From the IMG/VR virus record IMGVR_UViG_3300032236_002285, positions 372,001-436,000 of that record: a DNA stretch of 64,000 nucleotides. One strand, written 5' to 3'. The notes under the pieces were generated by a model that saw only the letters and a list, made by a program, of their open reading frames with translations, did no database searches and was not told where the DNA came from. Shown piece after piece: positions 37,764-47,804 of this stretch. The position numbers and the translations under genes are program-made. Every line of letters begins with the position of its first letter. The stretch's first letter is position 1.

Positions 37764-38757
37764 TATAAACGATTTTATTAAAACCTTATCAATTAAAGAT
37801 AAGAAGACGCTTTCACAGAAAGGTCTTAAACTTGTAGAAGAAGTAGGTGAGCTAGCAAGAGTTATTTTACCTTATGATTCTGCTCACGGAACTAATCATA
37901 GATTTATTGACAGAGAAGCAATACTTGAAGAAGTAGTTGATGTTTATCTAACAAACATTTCAATTGCTCACTCATTAGGATTCACTGATGAGGAGTTTAA
38001 TGATATGTTGAGTAAGAAGTCAGAGAAGTGGTCTCAGTTACAAGCAAGTGAGGAAAAGGCTGAGTTCCCTCTACCTTTTGAAATTCATGTAACAATTGAA
38101 TCACCTAGTTCTATTGATAAATTCAAACAATCTTGTTCTTTAATTGAAGTTAAACCGATTGTAATTGATTTAGAGATTAATGATGGCTCTATTATTAAAG
38201 ATGTTATGACATCTTCTAAACACTTTGGTGATAACAGAACAGCTTATGAAGAATCAAAAAGAATCTGTAGAGAGTTAGAACTACAAGGTTTTAGAGTTTT
38301 GAGAAATAAAATAGAAAGTGTGCCTTGGCATCCAGCCGCTCCGGTTATTTCAACTGGTAAAGAGATTCCAAATGGTTGTTACTTTGAGGCACACATTGGT
38401 GTTGTTATTAAACCTGAAGAAAAAGATAAATTAAGTGACTTTGTTAAATATCTTGTGAAAACATCTTGCCTATTTAAGTCTGAATACTTATCAAAAAATA
38501 CAATTCCATTGTCAGGAACAGCCAAACTATCACAAAATTTCTTTAAGAAGTCTAAAGATGGTAATGAGTTTATCAATATGTTAACTTATAGAAGTAATAA
38601 ATGTGGTTCTGATAACTTCAAACTAGAAGTTGAGAGTATTAAAAATAGCTTACAAGAAGAAGGATTTGAATTTGAAAAAGTTGAAGTTGAATACGCTGTG
38701 TATGATACAAATGTAACACACGACGCAAAATGGATTTTAGGATATGAAGTCGCTTGA
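37756..38757 (+). CDS. MazG-like pyrophosphohydrolase domain fused to an unknown domain
   Basis: KLVEEVGELA..EEVVDV; C-terminal part has FEIHVT and YFEAHI motifs. Confidence 0.7.
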   Translation: MNNINDFIKTLSIKDKKTLSQKGLKLVEEVGELARVILPYDSAHGTNHRFIDREAILEEVVDVYLTNISIAHSLGFTDEEFNDMLSKKSEKWSQLQASEEKAEFPLPFEIHVTIESPSSIDKFKQSCSLIEVKPIVIDLEINDGSIIKDVMTSSKHFGDNRTAYEESKRICRELELQGFRVLRNKIESVPWHPAAPVISTGKEIPNGCYFEAHIGVVIKPEEKDKLSDFVKYLVKTSCLFKSEYLSKNTIPLSGTAKLSQNFFKKSKDGNEFINMLTYRSNKCGSDNFKLEVESIKNSLQEEGFEFEKVEVEYAVYDTNVTHDAKWILGYEVA

Positions 38758-39133
38758 TATTAGAACTATACAAAATTGGGTAAATCAAACACAAGTTGTT
38801 TGGTTACCTGACTTTGCTGAGATATTAGATATATCTTTTGATGAATGGGGTAGTAATTTAAACATACTATATCAGTTTGACTATCAGTTAGCCGGTACCA
38901 ATCAAAAAATGTTTAACATTTGGATAATGGATTCTAAAAACATATGTCCACCACCAGGTGACTTTTATAAATTCTTTGGAACAGTTGAAAAAAGATTTTC
39001 AGAAGTAAATTTGGCTAATGCTAATAACGGTAGAACAATCACGGTTGATACAGTAACAAAGTGTTATATTTTTATAGAAGAAGTAAAAACAATTGCTGAA
39101 AACAGAGAAGAAAAATTAAACGAAATACTATGA
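38744..39133 (+). CDS. C-tagged hypothetical protein
   Basis: Ends NREEKLNEIL. Confidence 0.7.
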   Translation: MKSLDIRTIQNWVNQTQVVWLPDFAEILDISFDEWGSNLNILYQFDYQLAGTNQKMFNIWIMDSKNICPPPGDFYKFFGTVEKRFSEVNLANANNGRTITVDTVTKCYIFIEEVKTIAENREEKLNEIL

Positions 39134-39474
39134 CAAAAATATATTTAGCCATTCCGTATTCAAGATACGAAGAAAAAAGTTTTAAGTTAGCCAATGAAAT
39201 TGCGGCTCAGTTAATTAACATGGGACACGTTGTTTTCTCACCAATCAGTATGTCACATCCGATTGCTGTTCACGGCAATCTAAAAGGTGACTGGGAAACC
39301 TGGAAAAGAATTGATTTTGAATTCATTAAGTGGTGTGATGAGGTAGTAGTTGTAAACTTTGATGAAGAAGCTGTTGCTAATTCAACTGGTGTTCAAGGTG
39401 AATTAGAATTTGCTAAAGAACTTGGTAAAAATATCAGATATTACTATGACAGGCCACGAGTGGAAAATAACTGA
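39130..39474 (+). CDS. DUF1937 / nucleoside 2-deoxyribosyltransferase-like protein
   Basis: KIYLAIPYS, VFSPISMSH, STGVQGELEFAKELGK. Confidence 0.75.
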   Translation: MTKIYLAIPYSRYEEKSFKLANEIAAQLINMGHVVFSPISMSHPIAVHGNLKGDWETWKRIDFEFIKWCDEVVVVNFDEEAVANSTGVQGELEFAKELGKNIRYYYDRPRVENN

Positions 39475-39475
39475 T

Positions 39476-39730
39476 ATGATTGAAAAAGGATTGGTCAGCT
39501 ATGTTAAAGGTGAAAAGGTTGTCTTATTCCGCAGAAAATCAAATGGTTATCCGAAAGGAATCAAAGATGGTGTTGAATACACTATAAGAGGAATCTATGG
39601 TGAAGGTATTGAAGTTGCTTTAAATTCTTCTGATGGTGTGGGTTGGTTACAATCCATAAAAGTCCACAAGACATATATGATACCTAAATATGCCTTGAGA
39701 GATATAAATCTTAAAAAACTTCTTAATTAA
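39476..39730 (+). CDS. C-tagged small beta-rich protein
   Basis: Start moved to just after the upstream stop; ends LRDINLKKLLN. Confidence 0.65.
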   Translation: MIEKGLVSYVKGEKVVLFRRKSNGYPKGIKDGVEYTIRGIYGEGIEVALNSSDGVGWLQSIKVHKTYMIPKYALRDINLKKLLN

Positions 39731-40455
39731 TTTCTTTTTGGTTGCTTACCATCATACCTTTTACCATCTTTAAATCTTGTTGAAGTTCTAACACCAGCAT
39801 CATGTAAAATTCTACTGGTTATCATAATAGTTAAACCTTCCTCTTCAGATATTTCTTTAATGGTTTTACCATTTTCATATTTAGATATTACAGAATTTAT
39901 TTTATCATCTTCAAGTTTTATAGAGTTTGTTAATTTAACCATATCTTTATCTATATTAATATTATTTGATTTAAAAAATCTTGATAGTCTTTGTCTTGAT
40001 ATATTATATTTTTTAGAAATTTCTCTAATTGATATTTTATTATTTAGATAATCATCTAATATAGATTTTGATATAATTCCTGATATATCTACATAATAGT
40101 TTTCAGAGTCATATCCTTTTGAAGTTAGTTGCTGTTTTATTATATCAAGCCTTCTTGGGTTATTAGATATAGTATCACCACCATCACCGCCCGTAGATGT
40201 ATTATATCCATTTTTTATAGAGTCATATTTTAAAATAAATTCTATTTCTTTTTGATTTATTATGTCTATATCCTCTGTCTCAAAAATAATTTCCCATTTT
40301 ATTGAATCAAAGCCATATTTATTTATAGCATTTGTAAGTTTTGTATTATAATATCGTGTACTATAAGAGTGTTTGATTTTTCTACTATCAAAGTCTTTAC
40401 TTTTACCAATATAAACTTTACCATTTGGAAATTCTGCTTTATATATAACAAACAT
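39727..40455 (-). mobile_element. GIY-YIG homing endonuclease with C-terminal HTH repeats
   Basis: VIYK..NGKVYIGKS..R, AINKYG, E, GYNTSTGGDGG; antisense insertion; TAATATATA box 4 nt upstream. Confidence 0.85.
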
Positions 40456-40515
40456 AGATTATATATTAAACAAAGTGAACTCTTAGAACTATAATTAAAA
40501 AAACATAATAAATAG

Positions 40516-41694
40516 ATGCCAAAATTAATTTTAAATACTATCGTTAAAGATGAATCACATTGTATTTTAACAATGTTAAAATCAGCTATACAAATATCAG
40601 ATGCTATAGTTATAGCAGACACTGGTTCTACTGATGGAACACAAGAAATAATTAGAAAATTTGGAGAGGAAAATAATATTCCAACATATGTCGTTGAAAG
40701 ACCATTTGATGACTTTGAGAAAAGTAGAAATTTTGGAATGGAGAAGGCAAGAGAAATTGTAAAAGAGTTAGGTTGGAATCCAAATGATTGTTGGACTTGG
40801 TGGTGTGATGCTGATGAAACTATTATAGTTGATTCAAAGTTTGATAAAAAACAATTTGTTAATGACCTTTATATGATAAACACATACATAGGTCAAATGA
40901 AATATACAAGAAATACATTTGCTAGAGTTTCAAAACCTTTTAGGTTTTATGGTCCAATTCACGAGTTCATTGTTTGTGATGACCAAAACATCACATCTGG
41001 TTTAGCAACTGATATTCACGTTGATGTTAAGATGATTGGTGCTTCTTGGCAAGGTGATATCCCAACTAAATATAAGAACCACGCTTTTGTATTAGAAAAG
41101 TACATTGATGCTAATCGTCAAGATCCTCGTTGGATTTTCTATACAGCTCAGTCATATCACGACTCTGCTTCTATTCCTGATAATAAAGAAGAAAATGAAG
41201 AAAGATTGCGTAGAGCAATGAAGTATTACAAAGAACGTGTTAATAGACCGGATGGTTATGCTGAAGAGGTTTACTATTCACAGTTCCGTATTGGTACTAT
41301 TATGCGTGCTATGGAAGAACCTTGGAACTTAACACACCAAGAGTTATTGAAAGCTTATAATATGGATCCAATGAGAGGTGAATCTATTAAGATTATCATT
41401 GATTACTACTTACAAATGAATGAGTGGAATATGGCTTATTTATATTCTAAGTTTGCTAAATTAAACTTCCACGGTAAGAATCCTTATCCTAATAGATTAT
41501 TATTTGTTGATGAAGCTCTTTATGTTTGGAAATTTGCTGAAGCTCACGCCGCTTCTTGTTTCTACACAGGTAGAATGGATGAGGCTAAAGCATCATTTAC
41601 TGAGATAATGCAAATATCTAAAACAAGTCCTCAGTACTTTACACCAGAAGATATGGCTAAGATCCAACAAAACGCACAATTCTTCTTAAAGTAA
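40516..41694 (+). CDS. Family 2 glycosyltransferase with a TPR-like C-terminus
   Basis: IVKDES, DTGSTDGT, DFEKSRN, DADE, GPIHE; TAAAC-N18-TATAA at 40467-40494. Confidence 0.85.
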   Translation: MPKLILNTIVKDESHCILTMLKSAIQISDAIVIADTGSTDGTQEIIRKFGEENNIPTYVVERPFDDFEKSRNFGMEKAREIVKELGWNPNDCWTWWCDADETIIVDSKFDKKQFVNDLYMINTYIGQMKYTRNTFARVSKPFRFYGPIHEFIVCDDQNITSGLATDIHVDVKMIGASWQGDIPTKYKNHAFVLEKYIDANRQDPRWIFYTAQSYHDSASIPDNKEENEERLRRAMKYYKERVNRPDGYAEEVYYSQFRIGTIMRAMEEPWNLTHQELLKAYNMDPMRGESIKIIIDYYLQMNEWNMAYLYSKFAKLNFHGKNPYPNRLLFVDEALYVWKFAEAHAASCFYTGRMDEAKASFTEIMQISKTSPQYFTPEDMAKIQQNAQFFLK

Positions 41695-41695
41695 A

Positions 41696-42175
41696 ATGGT
41701 AAAGATAATAGTAGCAATGTCTGAGAATAGAGTTATTGGAAACAATAATGAATTGATATGGAAACTATCATCTGACCTCAAACGATTCAAAGAGTTAACT
41801 ACAGGACATCCGGTTGTGATGGGTAGAAAGACCTATGAATCAATTGGTAGACCTCTTCCTAATAGAAGAAACATAATCATAACAAGAAATTCAGAATATG
41901 AAGTTGAAGGTTGTGAGATTGTTTCTTCATTAGAAGAGGCTTTACTTTTAACAGGTAGCAACTGTTTTATTATAGGTGGTGGAGAAATCTATAAACAATC
42001 ATTAGAAATAGCTGATAAGATATATCTAACAGTAGTTCATAAAGACTTTGAAGGTGATACATCATTTCCAGAATTGGATGAAACCTGGGCCAAGTTAGAT
42101 GTCAAAGACTTCACATCTGATGAGAAGAATGAATATGATTATTCATTTATTGAATACGAAAGATATCAGTTTTAA
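41696..42175 (+). CDS. folA: Dihydrofolate reductase
   Basis: VIGNNNELIW, DLKRFK, VMGRKTYESIGRPLPNRRNII, IIGGGEIY, GDTSFP. Confidence 0.95.
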   Translation: MVKIIVAMSENRVIGNNNELIWKLSSDLKRFKELTTGHPVVMGRKTYESIGRPLPNRRNIIITRNSEYEVEGCEIVSSLEEALLLTGSNCFIIGGGEIYKQSLEIADKIYLTVVHKDFEGDTSFPELDETWAKLDVKDFTSDEKNEYDYSFIEYERYQF

Positions 42176-42205
42176 AATAAGAAACCCATTCATTTCTGAA
42201 TGGGT
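42176..42205 (-). terminator. Terminator hairpin between convergent genes
   Basis: acccattca-tttc-tgaatgggt with a T-rich tail on the minus strand. Confidence 0.65.
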
Positions 42206-42236
42206 CAGTCAAGGGATGCTATCCTAAGAGGGGTTC

Positions 42237-42767
42237 TTATTTACAAGATTTTATAATAGAAGAAATCTCAGCTTTAATTTTACCTAACTCTTCATATCCT
42301 AATTCTTTAGGGAATTTATTACCTACTTTCTTAACACCAACATAGTCAGCTCTAAACATTACTTGACCAACGTGTTCATCACAACAATGAATCTCCAAGT
42401 CATCACCTACTTGTTTAGTTTTACAATCTTTATTTGATTCAATAATATCTTTGATTTTCTTTCTGAAAGAATCTCTCTTATCAGCTTTAACTTCTTTATG
42501 TTTATCTTTAGTTCTTACTGACTTCTCAGCAACACCTTCACCTAACCAACTTGGTTTGCCCATACCATCTTGCCAACCACCTTTTGAGTCAGAGTCATCA
42601 TATCTTTCATCATCTCTTGGATACATTCCATCTGGATCTTCTTTCTGAGATCTTTTTATTCTTTTTTCTCTTTTCTCAGCATCCTCTTTAGCTTTGTGTG
42701 GAAAATTAGAGATAGCTGTTTTTTCTGCTGGAGATAACTCCTCATTAAATCTCTTTAAGTATTTCAT
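42237..42767 (-). CDS. N-tagged charged protein
   Basis: MKYLKRFNEEL. Confidence 0.75.
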   Translation of the reverse strand: MKYLKRFNEELSPAEKTAISNFPHKAKEDAEKREKRIKRSQKEDPDGMYPRDDERYDDSDSKGGWQDGMGKPSWLGEGVAEKSVRTKDKHKEVKADKRDSFRKKIKDIIESNKDCKTKQVGDDLEIHCCDEHVGQVMFRADYVGVKKVGNKFPKELGYEELGKIKAEISSIIKSCK

Positions 42768-42813
42768 ATTTTAATATGTATTTTTATAATGTATATATAA
42801 AATTTTACTGCAT

Positions 42814-42837
42814 AAAAAAACTCACCGAAGTGAGTTT
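42814..42837 (-). terminator. Rho-independent terminator
   Basis: aaactcac-cgaa-gtgagttt (UUCG loop on the minus strand) with a T7 tail. Confidence 0.8.
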
Positions 42838-42843
42838 CTTAAA

Positions 42844-43494
42844 TTATTTACTTAAAAGTTTTATTAAGTCTTCTGTGATTTTAGTAATCATCTTTTTACC
42901 TTCAACTTCTAATAAAGGAATGTTTTTAACCATTGAGTATTTATCATTACCATCAACAACTATTTTAGAAATAGCTTCAATGAACTTTTTATCTTTACCA
43001 TATTTCTTAGTATAGTATCCTTTTAACTCGTTAACGAATTTAGATAAATCAACACCTTCTTTGTAGTTATATTTAACCATTTGAAGTTCGTTGTCTTGCT
43101 TCTCAACCATAATATACCAAATAGACTTCTTAGAAACTTTAACATTCTCAAGGAAGTTATAAGCTTTAGATGCTTTAGTATTCTTAGGGAACTTAGCAAC
43201 CTTACCAGTGAAGTTTACATTTTCATGTGTTTTATCACCTTTCATTTCAATATCATTTTCAAATTCATCTTCGTCAGAAGGTAAATCTACCGTTTGATCT
43301 TGAGGAATCAAGTTTTTTCTTGAAGCTGGTTTTTCGATTTTTTTAGAATCTTTAGGCACATTAGGATTTGCTGGCAAATCTGAATCAGTAGCCGGTTGAG
43401 CGTCTAACGAAGGATTAACCTCTTCAATCTTAGATTTGCTCTTGATATCTGAGAATTTCTTAAATCCAACAATCTTTTTGTTTTCTTCTGCCAT
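42844..43494 (-). CDS. Putative late protein with a tag-like segment (KKIVGFKKF)
   Basis: TAATATATA at 43519-43527. Confidence 0.7.
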   Translation of the reverse strand: MAEENKKIVGFKKFSDIKSKSKIEEVNPSLDAQPATDSDLPANPNVPKDSKKIEKPASRKNLIPQDQTVDLPSDEDEFENDIEMKGDKTHENVNFTGKVAKFPKNTKASKAYNFLENVKVSKKSIWYIMVEKQDNELQMVKYNYKEGVDLSKFVNELKGYYTKKYGKDKKFIEAISKIVVDGNDKYSMVKNIPLLEVEGKKMITKITEDLIKLLSK

Positions 43495-43559
43495 TTGATT
43501 TTATTACGTTTTGTCTATTATATATTAAATAAATTATTTAGTTTTCTTGATTTTTAAAA

Positions 43560-43811
43560 TTATCTTTGTCTATAGTGATATTTGTCTACCATATAGTTCT
43601 TCCAGTTCTTCATAATGTTCATTTGGTCAAACAAAATAGCTACCAATGGTTGCATTTTATTTAGCCAATTATTCATTAAGTCATTTTGAAAAATGTAAGG
43701 TGACAAAGACTTATCAAGTATAACCTCATCATATTTCACAAAATTAGTATCATCATCATGAAGATGTTTCATATGATATAATTCTGGTAACTGATTCTTT
43801 TCGTATAACAT
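43560..43811 (-). CDS. Small putative late protein downstream of the baseplate gene
   Basis: TAATATATA box 4 nt upstream (43816-43824). Confidence 0.7.
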   Translation of the reverse strand: MLYEKNQLPELYHMKHLHDDDTNFVKYDEVILDKSLSPYIFQNDLMNNWLNKMQPLVAILFDQMNIMKNWKNYMVDKYHYRQR

Positions 43812-43824
43812 ATCTTATATATTA

Positions 43825-45555
43825 TTAAACAGCGGGTCTGTTTTTAGCATCTATAGTTCCTTTCTTAATAATATTAACAGATTTCAAACCATTGCCATCT
43901 ATATCATCAGAATAATAAACACCATTTCTATCAAACCAACCACCTCTAATAATAGGAATTTCATTTGGTTCGAATATGATATCACCTAAAATAGGATCAA
44001 GACCTTTAACATCACTATATGAATAATCAGGATTCATGTTAGAAATTGATATATCAGTTTGGTAACTTGAGTTATACATATTTAATTTATTTTGAGCATC
44101 GGTCATTGCTTGTGTATGATAATCCTCATTCTTTTTAGATATAATTTGAATATCAACTGAGTGAATATCTTGTATGCTTGAAAGAGCTCTAATTAAATCT
44201 AATTTAGGTATTCTATCAATTCTGGTTAAATTCAAAAAGTAATCAGAAATAGCTTGTAATATTTGAGAATTAACAGAATCATCTAAAGCATCTGAATAAG
44301 ACATCACATAGACATTCATCACATAATATGATAAGTCAGGTGATTTAATTCTATACTTCTTAGTTAATTGTAAGTTACCACCCGCCTTCAAATAAGTATC
44401 TATCTTTGATATCTCATAAGCATCTAAACTAAAAGCCGCAATATCAATCGTAAAATAATCAGAATCTGGACTTTTGAACAATTTAATATTTGGTGTTGCC
44501 ACTATGAAAATTGTTCCTGTTTGCTCATAAGCATTAACATGTGAGAAAACACCTAATTTTTTAATCTCATAAGCATATTGTTGAGGCAAACCTAATACGA
44601 AGTTATTAGAAGCAATAGGAAGAATGTTTTTAGTAAACATCAAATCCTCTTTATCAGCGCCAAAATTAATATCAGTGTAAATATCAACATCAAATACTTT
44701 TGTTATATCTAGTGTGTCACCATTACCATCAAATACATCTTCTACAAACTTCCAATCATTTCTAGTTCTTCTGAAGATATTACCATTAGAACCATTAGTT
44801 TTTAAGTAGTTAATTTGTATTACAGAACCTATTGGAGGAATAGCACCGAATCCACTATTACCAAATACAACATCAATACCACCGTTGAATCCAGTTCTAA
44901 CAACACAAGCGTTTTCATCTGGAATCATCTCCCAAATGTGTTTTTTTATTGACCAATAAACACCATTAACTAAAACTTCAACATTAAAATTTTCGACATC
45001 TTGATTAGCTGACTCTGAAAAGTTAAAAGTTTGTAAAGAAGTTCCATCACCTGTTCTAGTATTTTGAACCCACTCACCTTGAATTATTGGTAAGAAAAAT
45101 TGATAGTTAGGAGTTATTTTATGACTAACTCTTTCAGTACCTATATTAAGAATATAACTTAAACTATTAGTTATGTTTTTAATTCTGGTTCTATTTATAA
45201 TAACAACTCTACCACCTGGTATATCAGTTCCTAAATCTACATTACTTTTCAATGTCAGCCTTAATGTACCAGTAGCACTAATAGCTCTACCTGGATTATG
45301 ACCAGCAAAAATAGCAGCATTTCTAATAATTCTTTCATTTATTGAGTTATTATCACCAAGATCAAACTGATTAATAGCATTCTTCAAATATAAGAATGAC
45401 AACTGATGTAGATTTTCTAAAACAGATAAAATCTGACCATAAGGTGATGCAGGACTATAAAGGATGTTGCCTTTATTATGCTCGTTTCTAAGGAAAGTTT
45501 CTATATCAGCTTTGATATTTGAGTATGTAATCTGTATGAAATTATTTAATGCCAT
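43825..45555 (-). CDS. Baseplate wedge subunit (T4 gp6-like)
   Basis: YSNIKADI..L, LYLKNAINQ, GHNPGRAISA, VVFGNSGFGAIP..G..I.INYLKTNG..GN, GADKED. Confidence 0.75.
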   Translation of the reverse strand: MALNNFIQITYSNIKADIETFLRNEHNKGNILYSPASPYGQILSVLENLHQLSFLYLKNAINQFDLGDNNSINERIIRNAAIFAGHNPGRAISATGTLRLTLKSNVDLGTDIPGGRVVIINRTRIKNITNSLSYILNIGTERVSHKITPNYQFFLPIIQGEWVQNTRTGDGTSLQTFNFSESANQDVENFNVEVLVNGVYWSIKKHIWEMIPDENACVVRTGFNGGIDVVFGNSGFGAIPPIGSVIQINYLKTNGSNGNIFRRTRNDWKFVEDVFDGNGDTLDITKVFDVDIYTDINFGADKEDLMFTKNILPIASNNFVLGLPQQYAYEIKKLGVFSHVNAYEQTGTIFIVATPNIKLFKSPDSDYFTIDIAAFSLDAYEISKIDTYLKAGGNLQLTKKYRIKSPDLSYYVMNVYVMSYSDALDDSVNSQILQAISDYFLNLTRIDRIPKLDLIRALSSIQDIHSVDIQIISKKNEDYHTQAMTDAQNKLNMYNSSYQTDISISNMNPDYSYSDVKGLDPILGDIIFEPNEIPIIRGGWFDRNGVYYSDDIDGNGLKSVNIIKKGTIDAKNRPAV

Positions 45556-45566
45556 AAAGCTATTTA

Positions 45567-45899
45567 TTATTTATTTACTTCTTTTAAGTAATCTTCAGAA
45601 AACCTATTTTTTTCAAAGATTTCTTTAATATCAGATGTGATATCATCAACACTTGAAAATCTTTCAACAAAATCTGAACTTTCATTAAGTGGATTTTCTG
45701 AATATCTCCAAGGGAAACTATAATTCTCTAAATCTTTCTTAGTCATAATCATTTTGACCTCTTTACCTTCATTGATAACAGAAACCTCAATGTAACTACC
45801 ATATTTTAAGTTTGATTTTTCTTCTATTTTAATCTCTGCGTTATAAAACTGCGAAAGAAGATCGCTATGAATCTTATTAATATTATATTTCAAGTCCAT
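45567..45899 (-). CDS. Hypothetical protein (putative late)
   Basis: TAATATATA at 45920-45928. Confidence 0.7.
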   Translation of the reverse strand: MDLKYNINKIHSDLLSQFYNAEIKIEEKSNLKYGSYIEVSVINEGKEVKMIMTKKDLENYSFPWRYSENPLNESSDFVERFSSVDDITSDIKEIFEKNRFSEDYLKEVNK

Positions 45900-46007
45900 T
45901 TTTATTAATTTATTTTATTTATATATTAAATTGGAGCCACCACTTACTTATTTTTTAATAAAAGAGTTTCAATAATAAATATATACTCCTATAAAATATA
46001 ATTAAAG

Positions 46008-46727
46008 ATGGATATAAAAGATATAGCAGACCTTTTAGGTAAATACGGTTTTAAAGGAACCTTATTTGCTGTTTTTGTTTTTTTACTGGTTACTATGTTG
46101 AAAAGCAACTGGTTTAGTGGTGTAATGAGTAAGTTGTCTGATAAGTTTGTTGAAAAGTTTATGAGAAGCAAGGTTAAAGAAGTTAACTCTCATGTTAAAT
46201 CAATTACTGACTCTGATATAACAAATCATGATATATTCAACTATATTGACTTCTGGACTTATTCTAAGGTTCCTACTATTCAATTCTCAACTGAGTATAG
46301 AACCGTAGTATTTAGAAAATATTTAACAATATATCTTAAATCATACAAAAAGAAAATATCAGATTTTGTAAATAGCAAAGAATATCAAGCTATGGATGAT
46401 GCTAAGGTTTGGAAAGCGTTACTTGATTTAATTAATCAAATTGTCTTTGATTACGAAAGAGAGATGATAGATGCTGGTTTACCTAAGATTGTTGTTGATA
46501 AAATGAAGGCTAAAAACAATGATACAATTACTTTAACAATAGATTTAATTGAGGGTATTTGTAACTCACAATTTTATGATTCGGATAAAAACTTCTTAAA
46601 AGTTTATTCTATTCTAAATATTTTATTATCAGTTTTAGAAAATACAATTTCTAATTCCGAAAATGTTTGTAATTCTATTAACGGTCAGTTAAAAGGATTA
46701 AAATTTGATGGAAAAATTGAACCGTAA
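46008..46727 (+). CDS. Single-pass membrane protein, possibly holin-like
   Basis: One N-terminal TM helix followed by a soluble helical domain; AAATATATA upstream. Confidence 0.5.
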   Translation: MDIKDIADLLGKYGFKGTLFAVFVFLLVTMLKSNWFSGVMSKLSDKFVEKFMRSKVKEVNSHVKSITDSDITNHDIFNYIDFWTYSKVPTIQFSTEYRTVVFRKYLTIYLKSYKKKISDFVNSKEYQAMDDAKVWKALLDLINQIVFDYEREMIDAGLPKIVVDKMKAKNNDTITLTIDLIEGICNSQFYDSDKNFLKVYSILNILLSVLENTISNSENVCNSINGQLKGLKFDGKIEP

Positions 46728-46731
46728 TGAA

Positions 46732-47169
46732 ATGAAACACTTAAAATCATATAAGATCTACGAAAGTGATAATGTTTGTACTACTTGTAACGGAACTGGT
46801 GAAGTAGATAGAGAGATTAATATGTGGGGTGATATGGGTAGATATGAGTGTGAGGATTGTAATGGAACTGGTAAACTAAGCACTCAATCATTTACAAAAG
46901 ATTTAAGATCATTCACAGATGAATCTCAATCAGAATTGAAATCATTACTGGATAAGTATGAAATAAAATACGGCGCTGTTTTACCTAAAGTTGAAAGATA
47001 TTCTGATAATCATGAAGATGTTGAGAAGGTAGAAATAGAAGCTCAGTTATACTCAACTTCTACATTAACTAAAGAATTACTTGAAGAAATAAATGAAAAA
47101 TATGTTGATTATAATATTCATTTTGATACTTACAATCACTTATATCTAATGGTTTATAAACTTTACTAA
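46732..47169 (+). CDS. N-tagged protein with a DnaJ-type CxxCxGxG zinc finger
   Basis: MKHLKSYKIYE; CTTCNGTG and CEDCNGTG. Confidence 0.75.
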   Translation: MKHLKSYKIYESDNVCTTCNGTGEVDREINMWGDMGRYECEDCNGTGKLSTQSFTKDLRSFTDESQSELKSLLDKYEIKYGAVLPKVERYSDNHEDVEKVEIEAQLYSTSTLTKELLEEINEKYVDYNIHFDTYNHLYLMVYKLY

Positions 47170-47711
47170 TCCATAAAATCATAAATATCATCTGGTAAAA
47201 ATTCTGGATCAGTTATTTTTAAATCATAGTCTCTAAAGTCTCCGAAGTCAATATCATCAGCATCTAGTCTTCTTGTAATTGAGTCATTTTTATCTTGTCG
47301 TCCTAATAGTCTTGACTCTCTAACCTCTCTATCAATATCAAGATAAACAACAAAGCAACCTTCTCTCATCTCAGGTGTTAAGTTAGTAAACTCACCAGGT
47401 GTCATAATAAATACTTGTGACTCATTGAATTCTTGTAAGGTTATACCATAGTACCATGTTTCTGGTTCTCTACCATCAGGTGTAACATAAAATGTTTGGT
47501 AAGCTAAAAATTTATTTTCATTTATAGATTGTGTAAACTCATAATCAGATACAAAATTGTAAGTAATACCTTGTTCTTCATTTAGTCTTTGAGGTCTTGT
47601 TGTCCATTTAAGACAAGCTTTTAATCCTTTTTCAACAAGCTTTCTCATTAAGAAGTCCTTACCTGAACCAGATTTACCTAAAATAATTAGTTTCTCATTT
47701 TTAACATTCAT
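47166..47711 (-). CDS. gmk: Guanylate kinase-like protein
   Basis: GKSGSGKD, TTRPQRLNE..G..YNFVS, WYYG; TAAAC-N18-TATAA at 47735-47762 (-). Confidence 0.8.
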   Translation of the reverse strand: MNVKNEKLIILGKSGSGKDFLMRKLVEKGLKACLKWTTRPQRLNEEQGITYNFVSDYEFTQSINENKFLAYQTFYVTPDGREPETWYYGITLQEFNESQVFIMTPGEFTNLTPEMREGCFVVYLDIDREVRESRLLGRQDKNDSITRRLDADDIDFGDFRDYDLKITDPEFLPDDIYDFMD

Positions 47712-47804
47712 TATATTGTTAATAAATTTATTAATTATAATTTGTAAATATGAAAAAGTTTAAGTATTGAATTTTTAATATATACTAAAAACAAATAATA
47801 ATAT

